NCBI GenBank assembly: GCA_040384765.1
Contig: JAZKIQ010000001.1
Coordinates: forward strand, 67,246-122,616
Length of the DNA: 55,371 nucleotides
Reading direction: 5' to 3'
DNA from: Patescibacteria group bacterium
GTDB lineage: Bacteria > Patescibacteriota > Minisyncoccia > Phycocordibacterales > JBBUBG01
Shown here piece by piece: positions 1-9,321 of this stretch (the stretch's first letter is position 1; every line of letters begins with the position of its first letter). The position numbers and the translations under genes were made by a program. The notes beneath the pieces are model-generated. The model was not told the origin of the DNA, did not search any database, and worked only from the letters and a program-made list of their open reading frames with translations.

Positions 1-3000
1 AGGGCTCTGGAAAATAAAACTTGCGGTAAAGATATATTTACCTGCAACGGTAGGAGTAAACTTCGATATTGCAGGCGTTGGACCCGTCCCGGTACAGTTG
101 CTGGTACACTTTGTAAAGTTATTATTCGTATCGAAGTTAACCGTGTCGTAAGGAGTGACGTTTGCAGCGCCAGTCCCGCCGTTCGCAGTAAACGTAATAT
201 TGGCTGAGTTGTCGGCCGAAAACGTCGGCCCACTCGTCGCCGTGATACCAATCCAATTGGCACCATCGAAAAATTCCGGACGGCCAGTCGTCGTATTGAA
301 AATAACTGAGCCGGTTGAAGTGCTGTTGCCAATAAGTCCACCCCGCTGCGCTGTCGTGAACTTCGGCAGTCCAAGGAAGCCAAAGTTGTCCGCAAACCCA
401 AGTGCAAGATCAGATGCCGTCGTAGTACCTACACCAATGCGACCATTTGAATCGATCAGAAACGCCGTACTCGTCGCACTGGCAGTTGATTTCGACACCG
501 CAAAGAGTGCAATGTTGTGGTTTGCCTGACCTGCAATTGAGAGTCGAGCGAATGGAGTGCTTGTGGCCCCGATACCAAAGTTTGCTGCATTGTTTGCAAC
601 CCCAAAAGTGGCAGTGCCAGCGTTGGTAAGCGAGAAGAGTGTCGTAGAGGCGTTGTTGGTGAACTCAAACAGTTTCGTCGTGGAGGCTGTGTCTTGACCC
701 CAGACGGTAAGCCCTGCGTATGGAGTCGAGGTGCCGATGGCAACTTTGTCAGCACTGGTCTGCAAACGAACAACAGTTCCGTCATCTATCCAGCCGCCCG
801 CCACCCCCGTGCCAGCGGTGGATGTGAACACTTTCACATTAAAACCACCCGCACCAGCCTTGCCTCCCGCAGGGGTAGCAACCGCACCAGCACCTCCTAC
901 GCCTAGCGTAAAGTAGTACGCGGATGCTGGCGGAGCAATGATTTTTTGGGCATAGCCACCACCTCCACCACCAGAAGCACCCGTATTGCCGACAACATCT
1001 GTTCCTGAGCCACCACCGCCGCCACCATATGGATACCCATCCCCACCATTGAGCGCTTGCTGGCCGCCGCGACCACCACCACCACCGCGCGGTGCAGCAC
1101 CTCCAGTGCCACCCCATGCATTCCCCGTGTCATGGAAGTAGTAGCCAGAATTTCCAGCACTTCCTGACAGAATCAAGTCTCCCGTAACTCCTGTTCCAGG
1201 GGTACCACCGGTGACACTACCCGTAGAAAGACCGCCACCACCACCGGTCGCACTGGCAAGTGGACTTGCACATGCATCGGCGGCATTGGTACTCAAGCAG
1301 GTTTGTCCACCGGTAGTTCCGTTGACGGCGTCTCCACCTCCTCCTCCACCACCACCCCATACTTCGACCTCTATCTGCGCGGTGTCCGAAGGGAGCGTCA
1401 GAGTGTCTGTGGATGCATCGAAGCTCGGCTGGCTACCGGCAGTTCCGCTAAAGACGATTGTCGTCGTGCCTCCATGAGAGGACGTCGCGTACGCGGCAAA
1501 GTATTTGTTTCCGCTTGCAAAACAGGTACCGTTGATCGCCAAACAGCCACTAGTGATATTGATACCTCCCGCAAACGTGTTCGTTGCTGTTCCCGCAGCA
1601 TAGATATTTCCCGCAATCGCGAGCTGCGCTGAAGGTGACGAGGTTCCAATACCCACTTTGCCGTTCGAGTCGACGATGAACGCAGTAGAGGTGGCGTTGG
1701 CAGCAGTAGTGGTTGAAATGATGAAGGCAGGAGTCGTAGCACCTGGATTGTTGGCAACGGAGAGACGGCCAGACGGAGTCGAGGTGCCGAGGCCAAAGAA
1801 CTTGGTGGTGTTGTCCCATACGAAGGAGAGGTCACCCGTGATCGCACTCGCACCACTCCAGAAGGTGATCTGGCCCGAGGTGCCACTGCCCGTGATCGTG
1901 CCGGCACCGCTTCCGACACACACATCGTTGACGGCAAAGCAGCCAGCAGAGAGGTTAAATCCGTTGTTTGCAGTGGAGGTGGCCGATCCGGTGATTGCAA
2001 ACTTGCCGCCGGTGAGAGTGAGACCGTTCGAGGAAGAGATGCCTGCTCCTGCGATGCCACCCGAGAAGGTAGAGGTGGCACCACCGGTGATGGAGGAGGT
2101 GGCACTCCCCGATCCGAGGAGAATCTGCTGGAGGGTGGCGAACTTGCCGTCGTATCCTTTGACAGTGCTGAAGCCACCTACCGAGGTGGAGGTGCCGGTG
2201 CCGGTGAGGGTGAGCTCTTTTCCGAAGGTCACATTGTTGGTGAACGTGTTGGTGCCAGTGAAGCTTTGTGATGAGCGGTCGAGGAGTGCGACGTTTGAGG
2301 AAAGTGCGGCGTCCTGAACCGTTCCTGCAGCCTGGCCGACGCAGCCGAGGGAGGTGGCGAAGCAGCCAGCGGAGAGGGAGATGCCGTTTGCGAGTGACGA
2401 GGTCGCGGTCGAGGTGATGCGAAGCCGGCCACCGGTGAGGGTGAGGCCGTTGGATGCGGCAAGACCTGCAGCTGAAATCGAGGAGAGCGTGTTGGTCGCA
2501 GTGTTTGATTGGGTGATGATGCCACCGGAGAGGGTGATGCCGTTTGAGGAGGAGAGGCCGGAGGCAGCTGCGCCGCCGGAGAAGGTCGAAGTCGCCCCAC
2601 CCGTAATCGATGAAGTTGCACTCCCCGATCCAAGCAAGATCTGCTGGAGGGTTGCGAACTTGCCATCATATCCTGCTGAGGTGATGAAGCCGCCCACTGA
2701 AGTGGAGGTGGCAGAGCCCGTGATCGTGAGAGTACCAATAGCAGCGGTATTGGAGACAGTGAGTGCGGTACCGGCAGCATTGAACGTGTTGTCACCTGTG
2801 AAGATCTGGCTGGTGCGGTTGAGAAGGGCAACGTTTGCGGAGAGGGCGGCGTCAAGAACCGTTCCCGCCGCTTGGCCGACGCAGCCGAGAGAGGTGGCGA
2901 AACAGCCCGCAGAGATGTTAAGGCCGTTGGCGAACGTGGAGGTGGCGGCAGAGGTTGAGAGAATATTGCCACCAGAGATCACGAGACCCTGGGAGGAGGA

Positions 3001-4941
3001 GAGACCGGCAGTGGAGAGACCTCCCGCAAGTGATGATGTTGCCACCGAGGAGATGAGCAGATTTCCTCCAGAAATGGTCACGCCCTGCGAAGAAGCTACG
3101 CCAGCAGTAGAAAGACCTCCCGTAAACGTACTCGTACCCAAGCTAGTCACCTGGAACCCTCCTGTTATCGCAAGTGATGTTGTTGTGGCATTCGTCGTTG
3201 TCGCAGAAAGCGCAGTAACATTCTGTAGCGTCGTTGATCCGGTTACCAAAAGATCCGAAGAGAGTGTTGAAAGTCCGTTATTGCCGGAAATCGTAGACGT
3301 AGCCGTGCCGCCCACTTTAATATACGAGATAGCAGAAAACCGTGTAGATGATGCGTTCAAGATCGTAAGCAGATCTAGAGAGCTATCAAAAAGAAAGGTT
3401 GAATCTGAAGCGATTGACTGCATGCCATCAAAAAAAGAGACCTGCCCCAAAGTGCCGCCACCTATGATCGTGCCACCACCACCGCTTCCTGAAATACAGA
3501 TTCCCCGCCATGCATAGCATCCGTTAACGATATTAAAACCATTATTCGATGTTGAGGTTGCTGCCACTTCTATATTCAACGAGCCGCCAGTAATGGTAAC
3601 TCCTTGCGAAGTGGAGAGGCCGGCAGATACAATGCCACCGCTGAATGTGGATGTAGCTGTACCCGACACGAGCAACGTCGACGTAGAGGTGAGCTGGCCC
3701 ACCGTCGTTGTGCCAGCAATGACTGCATCACCTGTTACACCCAGACGGGTTCCTGGTGATGTGGTGCCGAGGCCCAGCCGAAAGTTGCTCGTATCCCATA
3801 CGAGAGTGTCGTTACCGGAGAGCATTGAGGCGCCTGTCCAAAAGGTAAGCTGCGACACGGAGCCTGATCCGCTTACATTGCCTGATCCAGATCCCGATGA
3901 AACGCACACACCGCTTATTGCAAAACAGCCCGATGCGATATCGATGCCTGAGGCAAAGGTCGAGGTGGCCGTAGTTGTTGATATGCTAAGAACTCCCGCA
4001 GAAAGGGAACCTGTAAAAGAGGCTGAGGCGGCGGAGAGCGGTCCAGACGATGTCAACGTAATCTGATCGGGAATGTCCTCGTCGGTAAGCCCCGTGATGC
4101 CATCTACACGAACATCTGAAAGACTGACACCAGTGAGCTGATCAATTTTTTGGGTAAGCGCAATCTGAGAAACAGGCGAAGGAAGTGTCTGATAGCCGAA
4201 ACCAGATGAGGCTCTCTGACTCGTAGAGAAGGTGTCCTGGAGCGAATAGTACTGCAGAGCGATACGCTCCGAAAGCTCTTTTATTCGGAGGTCAAACTCT
4301 GCGCGAGTTATGAGATCCCCTGTTTGCGATGCCACCGTAAACGCTGGAGCGGGCACAGAGATAACTCGCTGTTCGTATATAATTTTCTCCGTTACAGGAG
4401 CTGCCTTTGAAGGAGCAGCTTGTGCGTAAAGCGGAGCCGCAACGATAAACCCCTTTGCCTCAAACTTCTGCAACTCCTCCTTTTGGATAGTGACACCTGT
4501 GTCCGCTTGGGCTGCGGCACTCTGAGTGGTAGCCCCTACCGCAGCAACCGATGCCTCTTTTGGAAACACAAGAGAAGAAAGGGCGCTCACTCCCTGAGAA
4601 AGGATCCCTTGCCCGAAACTGGTCACGGCAGAAACTCCGGCAACAACCAGCACGAGTGAAGCGGCAGCTGCCTTGAGAGATATTCCGGAAGCAACTACTG
4701 CCGCCTGTACTGGCACCTGAGACACAACAGAGGAAACTGCGGCAGGCACGTCGAGCCCGGCATGAGCAGCAAGAGATGGAATAGCCTCTTCGGAGATGTA
4801 CCATCGCCCGCCAATACTTTGTGAAGCGATTTTCCCTTCACGACAAAGAGCCTCGACTGTGTCGGGCGAGACGCCAACCTTATTTGCCATCTTCGACAAA
4901 GAGAAATGCCTTCTACCTCCAAGAACCAACTCGTCTATCAC
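1..4941 (-). CDS. giant membrane-anchored surface repeat protein (at least 1647 codons in window; C-terminus lies beyond position 1)
   Basis: The minus frame is open from 4950 to position 1; I spot-checked about 30 of the 83 plus-strand lines (both ends and several mid-region lines) for in-frame tta/cta/tca and read the whole translation without meeting a stop. It is absent from the ORF track only because its stop is off-window. Start is GTG at 4941 preceded by AAAGGGG; ATG at 4890 is an alternative. The N-terminus MIDELVLGGRRHFSLSKMANKVGVSPDTVEALCREGKIASQSIGGRWYISEEAI looks like an excisionase/MerR-type HTH. A hydrophobic anchor ISLKAAAASLVLVVAGVSAV follows. The rest is T/S/G-rich modules with paired Cys (SAGCFATSLGCVGQAAG), recurrent GIGTSSPSAQLAI-type motifs, and a glycine-rich domain IEVEVWGGGGGGG...GASGGGGGY. 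Confidence 0.8.
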   Translation of the reverse strand, partial: MIDELVLGGRRHFSLSKMANKVGVSPDTVEALCREGKIASQSIGGRWYISEEAIPSLAAHAGLDVPAAVSSVVSQVPVQAAVVASGISLKAAAASLVLVVAGVSAVTSFGQGILSQGVSALSSLVFPKEASVAAVGATTQSAAAQADTGVTIQKEELQKFEAKGFIVAAPLYAQAAPSKAAPVTEKIIYEQRVISVPAPAFTVASQTGDLITRAEFDLRIKELSERIALQYYSLQDTFSTSQRASSGFGYQTLPSPVSQIALTQKIDQLTGVSLSDVRVDGITGLTDEDIPDQITLTSSGPLSAASASFTGSLSAGVLSISTTTATSTFASGIDIASGCFAISGVCVSSGSGSGNVSGSGSVSQLTFWTGASMLSGNDTLVWDTSNFRLGLGTTSPGTRLGVTGDAVIAGTTTVGQLTSTSTLLVSGTATSTFSGGIVSAGLSTSQGVTITGGSLNIEVAATSTSNNGFNIVNGCYAWRGICISGSGGGGTIIGGGTLGQVSFFDGMQSIASDSTFLFDSSLDLLTILNASSTRFSAISYIKVGGTATSTISGNNGLSTLSSDLLVTGSTTLQNVTALSATTTNATTTSLAITGGFQVTSLGTSTFTGGLSTAGVASSQGVTISGGNLLISSVATSSLAGGLSTAGLSSSQGLVISGGNILSTSAATSTFANGLNISAGCFATSLGCVGQAAGTVLDAALSANVALLNRTSQIFTGDNTFNAAGTALTVSNTAAIGTLTITGSATSTSVGGFITSAGYDGKFATLQQILLGSGSATSSITGGATSTFSGGAAASGLSSSNGITLSGGIITQSNTATNTLSSISAAGLAASNGLTLTGGRLRITSTATSSLANGISLSAGCFATSLGCVGQAAGTVQDAALSSNVALLDRSSQSFTGTNTFTNNVTFGKELTLTGTGTSTSVGGFSTVKGYDGKFATLQQILLGSGSATSSITGGATSTFSGGIAGAGISSSNGLTLTGGKFAITGSATSTANNGFNLSAGCFAVNDVCVGSGAGTITGSGTSGQITFWSGASAITGDLSFVWDNTTKFFGLGTSTPSGRLSVANNPGATTPAFIISTTTAANATSTAFIVDSNGKVGIGTSSPSAQLAIAGNIYAAGTATNTFAGGINITSGCLAINGTCFASGNKYFAAYATSSHGGTTTIVFSGTAGSQPSFDASTDTLTLPSDTAQIEVEVWGGGGGGGGDAVNGTTGGQTCLSTNAADACASPLASATGGGGGLSTGSVTGGTPGTGVTGDLILSGSAGNSGYYFHDTGNAWGGTGGAAPRGGGGGRGGQQALNGGDGYPYGGGGGGSGTDVVGNTGASGGGGGGYAQKIIAPPASAYYFTLGVGGAGAVATPAGGKAGAGGFNVKVFTSTAGTGVAGGWIDDGTVVRLQTSADKVAIGTSTPYAGLTVWGQDTASTTKLFEFTNNASTTLFSLTNAGTATFGVANNAANFGIGATSTPFARLSIAGQANHNIALFAVSKSTASATSTAFLIDSNGRIGVGTTTASDLALGFADNFGFLGLPKFTTAQRGGLIGNSTSTGSVIFNTTTGRPEFFDGANWIGITATSGPTFSADNSANITFTANGGTGAANVTPYDTVNFDTNNNFTKCTSNCTGTGPTPAISKFTPTVAGKYIFTASFIFQSP
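1965..2935 (-). repeat. two tandem coding repeats (about 180 aa; period 516-540 nt) inside the giant ORF
   Basis: The units begin ANGLNISAGCFATSLGCVGQAAGTVLDAALSANVALLNRTSQIFTG and ANGISLSAGCFATSLGCVGQAAGTVQDAALSSNVALLDRSSQSFTG. At DNA level, ggccgacgcagccgag occurs at 2334 and 2874. gatccgaggagaatctgctggagggtggcgaacttgcc at 2111 matches gatccaagcaagatctgctggagggttgcgaacttgcc at 2627. Confidence 0.7.
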
Positions 4942-5046
4942 CCCTTTATTTTAGCGCTTTATTGCGCTTTTCTATACGATTTTCGCCCCGTAAATGGGGA
5001 TAAGTATCTATTGCTGAGCTATCCTTGGAAAAACCTTATATTACAG

Positions 5047-6351
5047 CTACTTGTAGGACCCCAAAAAGTTCTTTTTGTATTCAAAAAATAAGCCGTCGAG
5101 GATAGCGGCGCGAAGGTCGGCAACGAGCTTTGTGAGAAAATAAAGGTTATGAATAGAACCAAGCGTGCCGGCAAACATCTCTTTTGAGCGAAACAGGTGC
5201 GCGAGGTACGCCTTTGTGTAGTTTTGGCAGGCGTAGCAGCCACAACCCTCTTCTATCGGTGAGTAGTCGCGGCGATATTCAGCTTTTGTGATGTTGATCT
5301 TGCCCGTTTTTGTATAGAGTGTGCCGTTGCGGCCGAGGCGGGTGGGAATGACGCAGTCAAAGGTATCGATGCCGTTTTCAACGCCAAGTATGAGGTCGAT
5401 CGGCTCCCCAATGCCAAGCAGATGCCGCGGCTTCCCTTCTGGGAGAATTTCGTTAACCCATTTCACGGCATTTCCCATATCTTCTTTATCAAAAGAGCCT
5501 CCTATGCCGAAGCCATCGAAATCCATCGCCCCGATAGTCTCTGCCGACTCTTTGCGCAGATCTTCGTAGCGGGCACCCTGAACGATGCCGAACAATGCTT
5601 GTTCGGATCGAAAATCCCAAGTACCAAGCTCCAAATTCCAATCGACTTCACTATTTGATTTTTGGTGCTTTGAATTTATCTGAGATTTGGTGCTTGAGTT
5701 TTGGGATTTAAGGTACTTGTGATGCTCGAGGCTACGAGCAGCCCATCGGTGTGTGCGGTCGAGCGCTTGCTTTTGGTACTCTTTTCCGGCATCAGGGCTC
5801 GTGCACTCATCGAAAGCAAAAATAATATCCGCACCAAGATTGTACTGAATCTCCATCGAGCGCTCTGGGGTAAAAAAGTGTTCAGAGCCATCGAGGTATG
5901 ACTTAAATTTCACCCCCTCCTCGGTGATCTCCACGAGCGTCGGGGTGCGCTCATCTGCCTTTGGTGCATCAAGAGCGGGTAGCTCGTAGGCGCCCTGCCT
6001 ATTTTTTGAAACTTTAGATACAGAACTATCAAAAGCTGCACCAAGAGAAAAAACCTGAAAGCCGCCAGAATCGGTCATCGTGGGACCGTTCCATCCCATA
6101 AACTTCGAAAGGCCTCCCCCATTCTTCACAATCTCATCCCCTGGCTCAAGATACAGGTGATAGGTGTTTGAGAGCACCACCTGAGAGCCCGCAGCCCGCA
6201 CCTGTTCAGGCGAAAGCGCCTTTACCGTAGCTTTGGTACCCACCGCCACGAATGCCGGGGTTTGGATATCTCCATGAGGCGTCGAAATAACCCCGGCTCG
6301 CGCCAGGGTTCCTTCGAGCTTCTTTTCTATTTCAAAACCAAATTTTTTCAT
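5047..6351 (-). CDS. tgt: queuine tRNA-ribosyltransferase (tRNA-guanine transglycosylase)
   Basis: The 434-aa ORF carries GGFQVFSL, FDECT, LLGIGEPIDL, FDCVIPTRLGRNG and the zinc site CGCYACQNYTKAYLAHL. It also has two lineage-specific inserts. Confidence 0.9.
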   Translation of the reverse strand: MKKFGFEIEKKLEGTLARAGVISTPHGDIQTPAFVAVGTKATVKALSPEQVRAAGSQVVLSNTYHLYLEPGDEIVKNGGGLSKFMGWNGPTMTDSGGFQVFSLGAAFDSSVSKVSKNRQGAYELPALDAPKADERTPTLVEITEEGVKFKSYLDGSEHFFTPERSMEIQYNLGADIIFAFDECTSPDAGKEYQKQALDRTHRWAARSLEHHKYLKSQNSSTKSQINSKHQKSNSEVDWNLELGTWDFRSEQALFGIVQGARYEDLRKESAETIGAMDFDGFGIGGSFDKEDMGNAVKWVNEILPEGKPRHLLGIGEPIDLILGVENGIDTFDCVIPTRLGRNGTLYTKTGKINITKAEYRRDYSPIEEGCGCYACQNYTKAYLAHLFRSKEMFAGTLGSIHNLYFLTKLVADLRAAILDGLFFEYKKNFLGSYK

Positions 6352-6515
6352 TACAGTCTGGAACCCGGATGAGTACTCCGGGATGACACAGAAACCTGAG
6401 TGTGCGGTTTTGGATGAAATGCGAGGAGCCGGTGAGAAGCGGAGCGAGCAAGGCTTAGTGGCCTTGTGAACGAGCCTCGGAACCGAGCGACAAAGCAGTT
6501 CGCCAAAAACGTAAC

Positions 6516-8564
6516 TCAGGCATCGATGTTAGCGAGCTTGGCGTGTGTCTGAATAAAGAGCTTGCGTGGTGGCACATCGTTGCCCATCAGAATATCGAAC
6601 GTCTTGTCGGCATCCTCTCCATCTGCAATAGTCACCTTTTTGAGCACACGCTTCTCCGGGTCCATGGTTGTCTCCCATAGCTCCTCTGGATTCATCTCTC
6701 CAAGACCCTTGTAGCGCTGAATCGATACCTTTGCAGCACGTTTTGCTTTTATCTCTGGTGCCTCATCATCAGTCTCCTCGTCGTTGAGCTCGTTGGCATC
6801 TACAATGTCGATCTCGCCACCTACTACGCGCATCTTCTCCTCGTCAGAATAAGCATAATGAACCTCTTTGCCTTTCTTGATCTTATAGAGTGGCGGCTGG
6901 GCGATATAGATATGACCAAGATCGATAAGCGGACGAAAATAGCGGAAGAAAAGGGTAAGAAGAAGCGTACGAATATGCGCGCCGTCCACATCGGCATCAG
7001 TTGCGATGATTATCTTGTGGTAGCGGAGCTTTGTAATATCAAACACATCGCCGATAGCGGTACCGAGTGCGATCACCAGCGCACGTACCTCTTTTGAGTC
7101 GAGCATCTTGTCGAGGCGTGCGCGCTCTACGTTCAAAATCTTGCCACGAAGCGGAAGCACCGCCTGAGTGCGGCGATCGCGTCCCTGCTTGCCCGAGCCA
7201 CCTGCAGAGTCTCCCTCTACAATAAAGAGCTCGCCCTCTTCGGCATTGCGCGTCTGACAGTCGGCGAGCTTGCCCGGGAGGGTCATACCTTCGAGCGCAC
7301 CCTTGCGCAGCACCGAATCCTTTGCAGCCTTTGCCGCTTTGCGAGCCTTGAGCGCGAGATACACCTTGTTAACGATTGCTCGTGCATCGTCTGGACGCTC
7401 TTCACAAAAAGCCGTGAAGGCATCGCCAAAAACCGTCTCCACTGCACTGCGAGCTTCTACCGATCCAAGCTTTGCTTTGGTCTGGCCTTCAAACTGAGCA
7501 TTCGGCAGCTTTACAGAGACCACCGCAGTAATACCTTCGCGCACGTCATCGCCCGTGAAGTTGTCCTCCCCTGCTTTGATCATCTCATTCTTGCGGGCGT
7601 AGTCGTTGATGATGCGCGTGAGTGCTGTGCGAAAGCCTGTGAGGTGGGTACCGCCCTCTGGAGTGCTCGTATTGTTTGCAAAGCTCACCTCTTTTGCCAC
7701 GATATCGTCGATATACTGAAGGGCTACCTCAACCGTAATGTCACCAACCTCCTTTTCCACATAGAAAACGTTGTGGTGAACCGGCTTCTCCTTGAGATTG
7801 TAAAAATTGATGAGCGAAAGAAGACCACCTTCAAAATAGAAGGTCATGGAGGAAGCCTCTTTGCCAAGCTCTGAGAAGTAGAAGCAATCGTCGAGCTCTT
7901 TTGGATCGAGGTCTGCTACGCCGCGCGCATCGATGAGCCGCACCCGCATCTTCTTTACAAGATACGACTGCTGGCGCATATGCGATACAAGCCGATTCCA
8001 GTCGAAAACAGTTGTGGTGGTGAAAATAGAAGAGTCCGGGGCAAAGGTGATCACCGTACCGCGAAGCTTTGATTTGCCCACCTGCTTTACGTTGCCCGTC
8101 TTCTTGCCGATCTTGTACTCCTGGGCATATTTGCCACCATCGCGGTGTACCTCAGCACGCAGCCATGTGGAAAGAGCATTTACTACCGATGCACCTACGC
8201 CATGGAGACCTCCTGCAATCTTGTACGAGTCTCCTTCAAACTTGCCTCCCGCGTGGAGGACGGTCATAACAGTCTCAAGGGCCGACACTTTTGTCTTTGG
8301 ATGTGGGTCTACGGGGATACCACGACCGTTGTCCACCACGCGACACATGTTGTCGGGAAGAAGAGTGATCTCGATCTCGTTTGCGTGCCCTCCCATCGCC
8401 TCGTCGCGAGAGTTGTCGAAGATCTCAATAATGAGGTGATGCAAGCCGTCTGGCCCCGTAGAGCCAATATACATACCCGGGCGCTTGCGCACCGGCTCGA
8501 GCCCTTCGAGAACCGTGATTGCCTCTGCCCCGTATCCCCCTTTTTTTGTCGCTTCTTTTGCCAT
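6516..8564 (-). CDS. gyrB: DNA gyrase subunit B (a topoisomerase IV ParE assignment cannot be fully excluded)
   Basis: The 682-aa ORF carries LEGLEPVRKRPGMYIGS, GLHHLIIEIFDNSRDE, GGLHGVGASVVNALS, EGDSAGGS, the TOPRIM motif IIATDADVDGAHI, and QRYKGLGEM. Confidence 0.88.
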   Translation of the reverse strand: MAKEATKKGGYGAEAITVLEGLEPVRKRPGMYIGSTGPDGLHHLIIEIFDNSRDEAMGGHANEIEITLLPDNMCRVVDNGRGIPVDPHPKTKVSALETVMTVLHAGGKFEGDSYKIAGGLHGVGASVVNALSTWLRAEVHRDGGKYAQEYKIGKKTGNVKQVGKSKLRGTVITFAPDSSIFTTTTVFDWNRLVSHMRQQSYLVKKMRVRLIDARGVADLDPKELDDCFYFSELGKEASSMTFYFEGGLLSLINFYNLKEKPVHHNVFYVEKEVGDITVEVALQYIDDIVAKEVSFANNTSTPEGGTHLTGFRTALTRIINDYARKNEMIKAGEDNFTGDDVREGITAVVSVKLPNAQFEGQTKAKLGSVEARSAVETVFGDAFTAFCEERPDDARAIVNKVYLALKARKAAKAAKDSVLRKGALEGMTLPGKLADCQTRNAEEGELFIVEGDSAGGSGKQGRDRRTQAVLPLRGKILNVERARLDKMLDSKEVRALVIALGTAIGDVFDITKLRYHKIIIATDADVDGAHIRTLLLTLFFRYFRPLIDLGHIYIAQPPLYKIKKGKEVHYAYSDEEKMRVVGGEIDIVDANELNDEETDDEAPEIKAKRAAKVSIQRYKGLGEMNPEELWETTMDPEKRVLKKVTIADGEDADKTFDILMGNDVPPRKLFIQTHAKLANIDA

Positions 8565-8925
8565 ATATGCGAAGAATTTTGTATATCAATTATAGCATAT
8601 AAAAGCGCTCGCCGGAACCCCCTTTTTCAAACGGCTTCGCCAGCCACAAAACAATGGTCGCACCGGCCATTCAAAAATGCGGGCGGGAACCACGCCGTGG
8701 TTCCCGCTAAGACTTCCGCTTGCGACCACTATTTTTGATAGCCGGGTGCTCCCTTGTTTTTAAGTCTTGCTGCAGATGTTTGAAAAAAGGGGGTACGCGT
8801 CTCACTTAACCCATGAAAGAGGTCCTGGCTCCCGAAAAATATCGAGCGACAGCTGTTGCAAAAGCGGGCTAGTAGGATACGCTTAATCTGAACGTGTGAC
8901 GATCGAAGATCAAGGAGGATCTCCG

Positions 8926-9303
8926 ATGTACGAGTCCTTGATGATCAGAAAACCCGCTGACCTCAAGCTGGTAAAGAGTACGGAGGCTACCCACTTCTAT
9001 CTCCGAGTGGAGAAGAAGTCACTGCACCTCGTGAAGCAAGTGCTCAGCAACAACCTGCCGATTGTGGCGCATGAGATTGTCTCCAAAAAGGGAGGCTACT
9101 CGGAGACGTATGCGTGCGGTCTCCCCCCAAGCGGCATGGAAGCGTACGAGATCGACTCGGGCGCTGGGCCGAAATATCTGGCTTTCAAGGAGGCGACCTA
9201 CGTCCAGCTCTACCGCTGGCTCACGGGGGTTGCCAAGAATCCTCCCAAGGGGGTCCTCGAGTGGCAGGGCATGGAGAAGGGATGGCGCGAGCTCGAAAGA
9301 TAG
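8926..9303 (+). CDS. hypothetical protein (solitary gene rich in G/C-ending codons)
   Basis: ATG at 8926 lies 7 nt after AGGAGG. The track start at 8896 is an in-frame GTG with no SD. A strong terminator follows. I recognise no motif. Confidence 0.55.
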   Translation: MYESLMIRKPADLKLVKSTEATHFYLRVEKKSLHLVKQVLSNNLPIVAHEIVSKKGGYSETYACGLPPSGMEAYEIDSGAGPKYLAFKEATYVQLYRWLTGVAKNPPKGVLEWQGMEKGWRELER

Positions 9304-9321
9304 CTCGCCCAAACGAAGTGG

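Noticed and set aside
155-4066. Many listed ORFs on both strands within 155-4922. Examples are 2354..3517 plus (387 aa), 1398..2177 minus (259 aa) and 2229..2972 minus (247 aa).
   Set aside because: All are out-of-frame shadows of the single open minus-strand frame 1..4941. Their translations are P/R/S/A-rich low-complexity strings. The giant frame instead yields coherent repeated motifs, a TM segment and an HTH.
7933-8738. Plus-strand ORFs of 168 and 197 aa inside and upstream of gyrB.
   Set aside because: They are antisense to gyrB, and their R/S/C-rich translations look non-proteinaceous.
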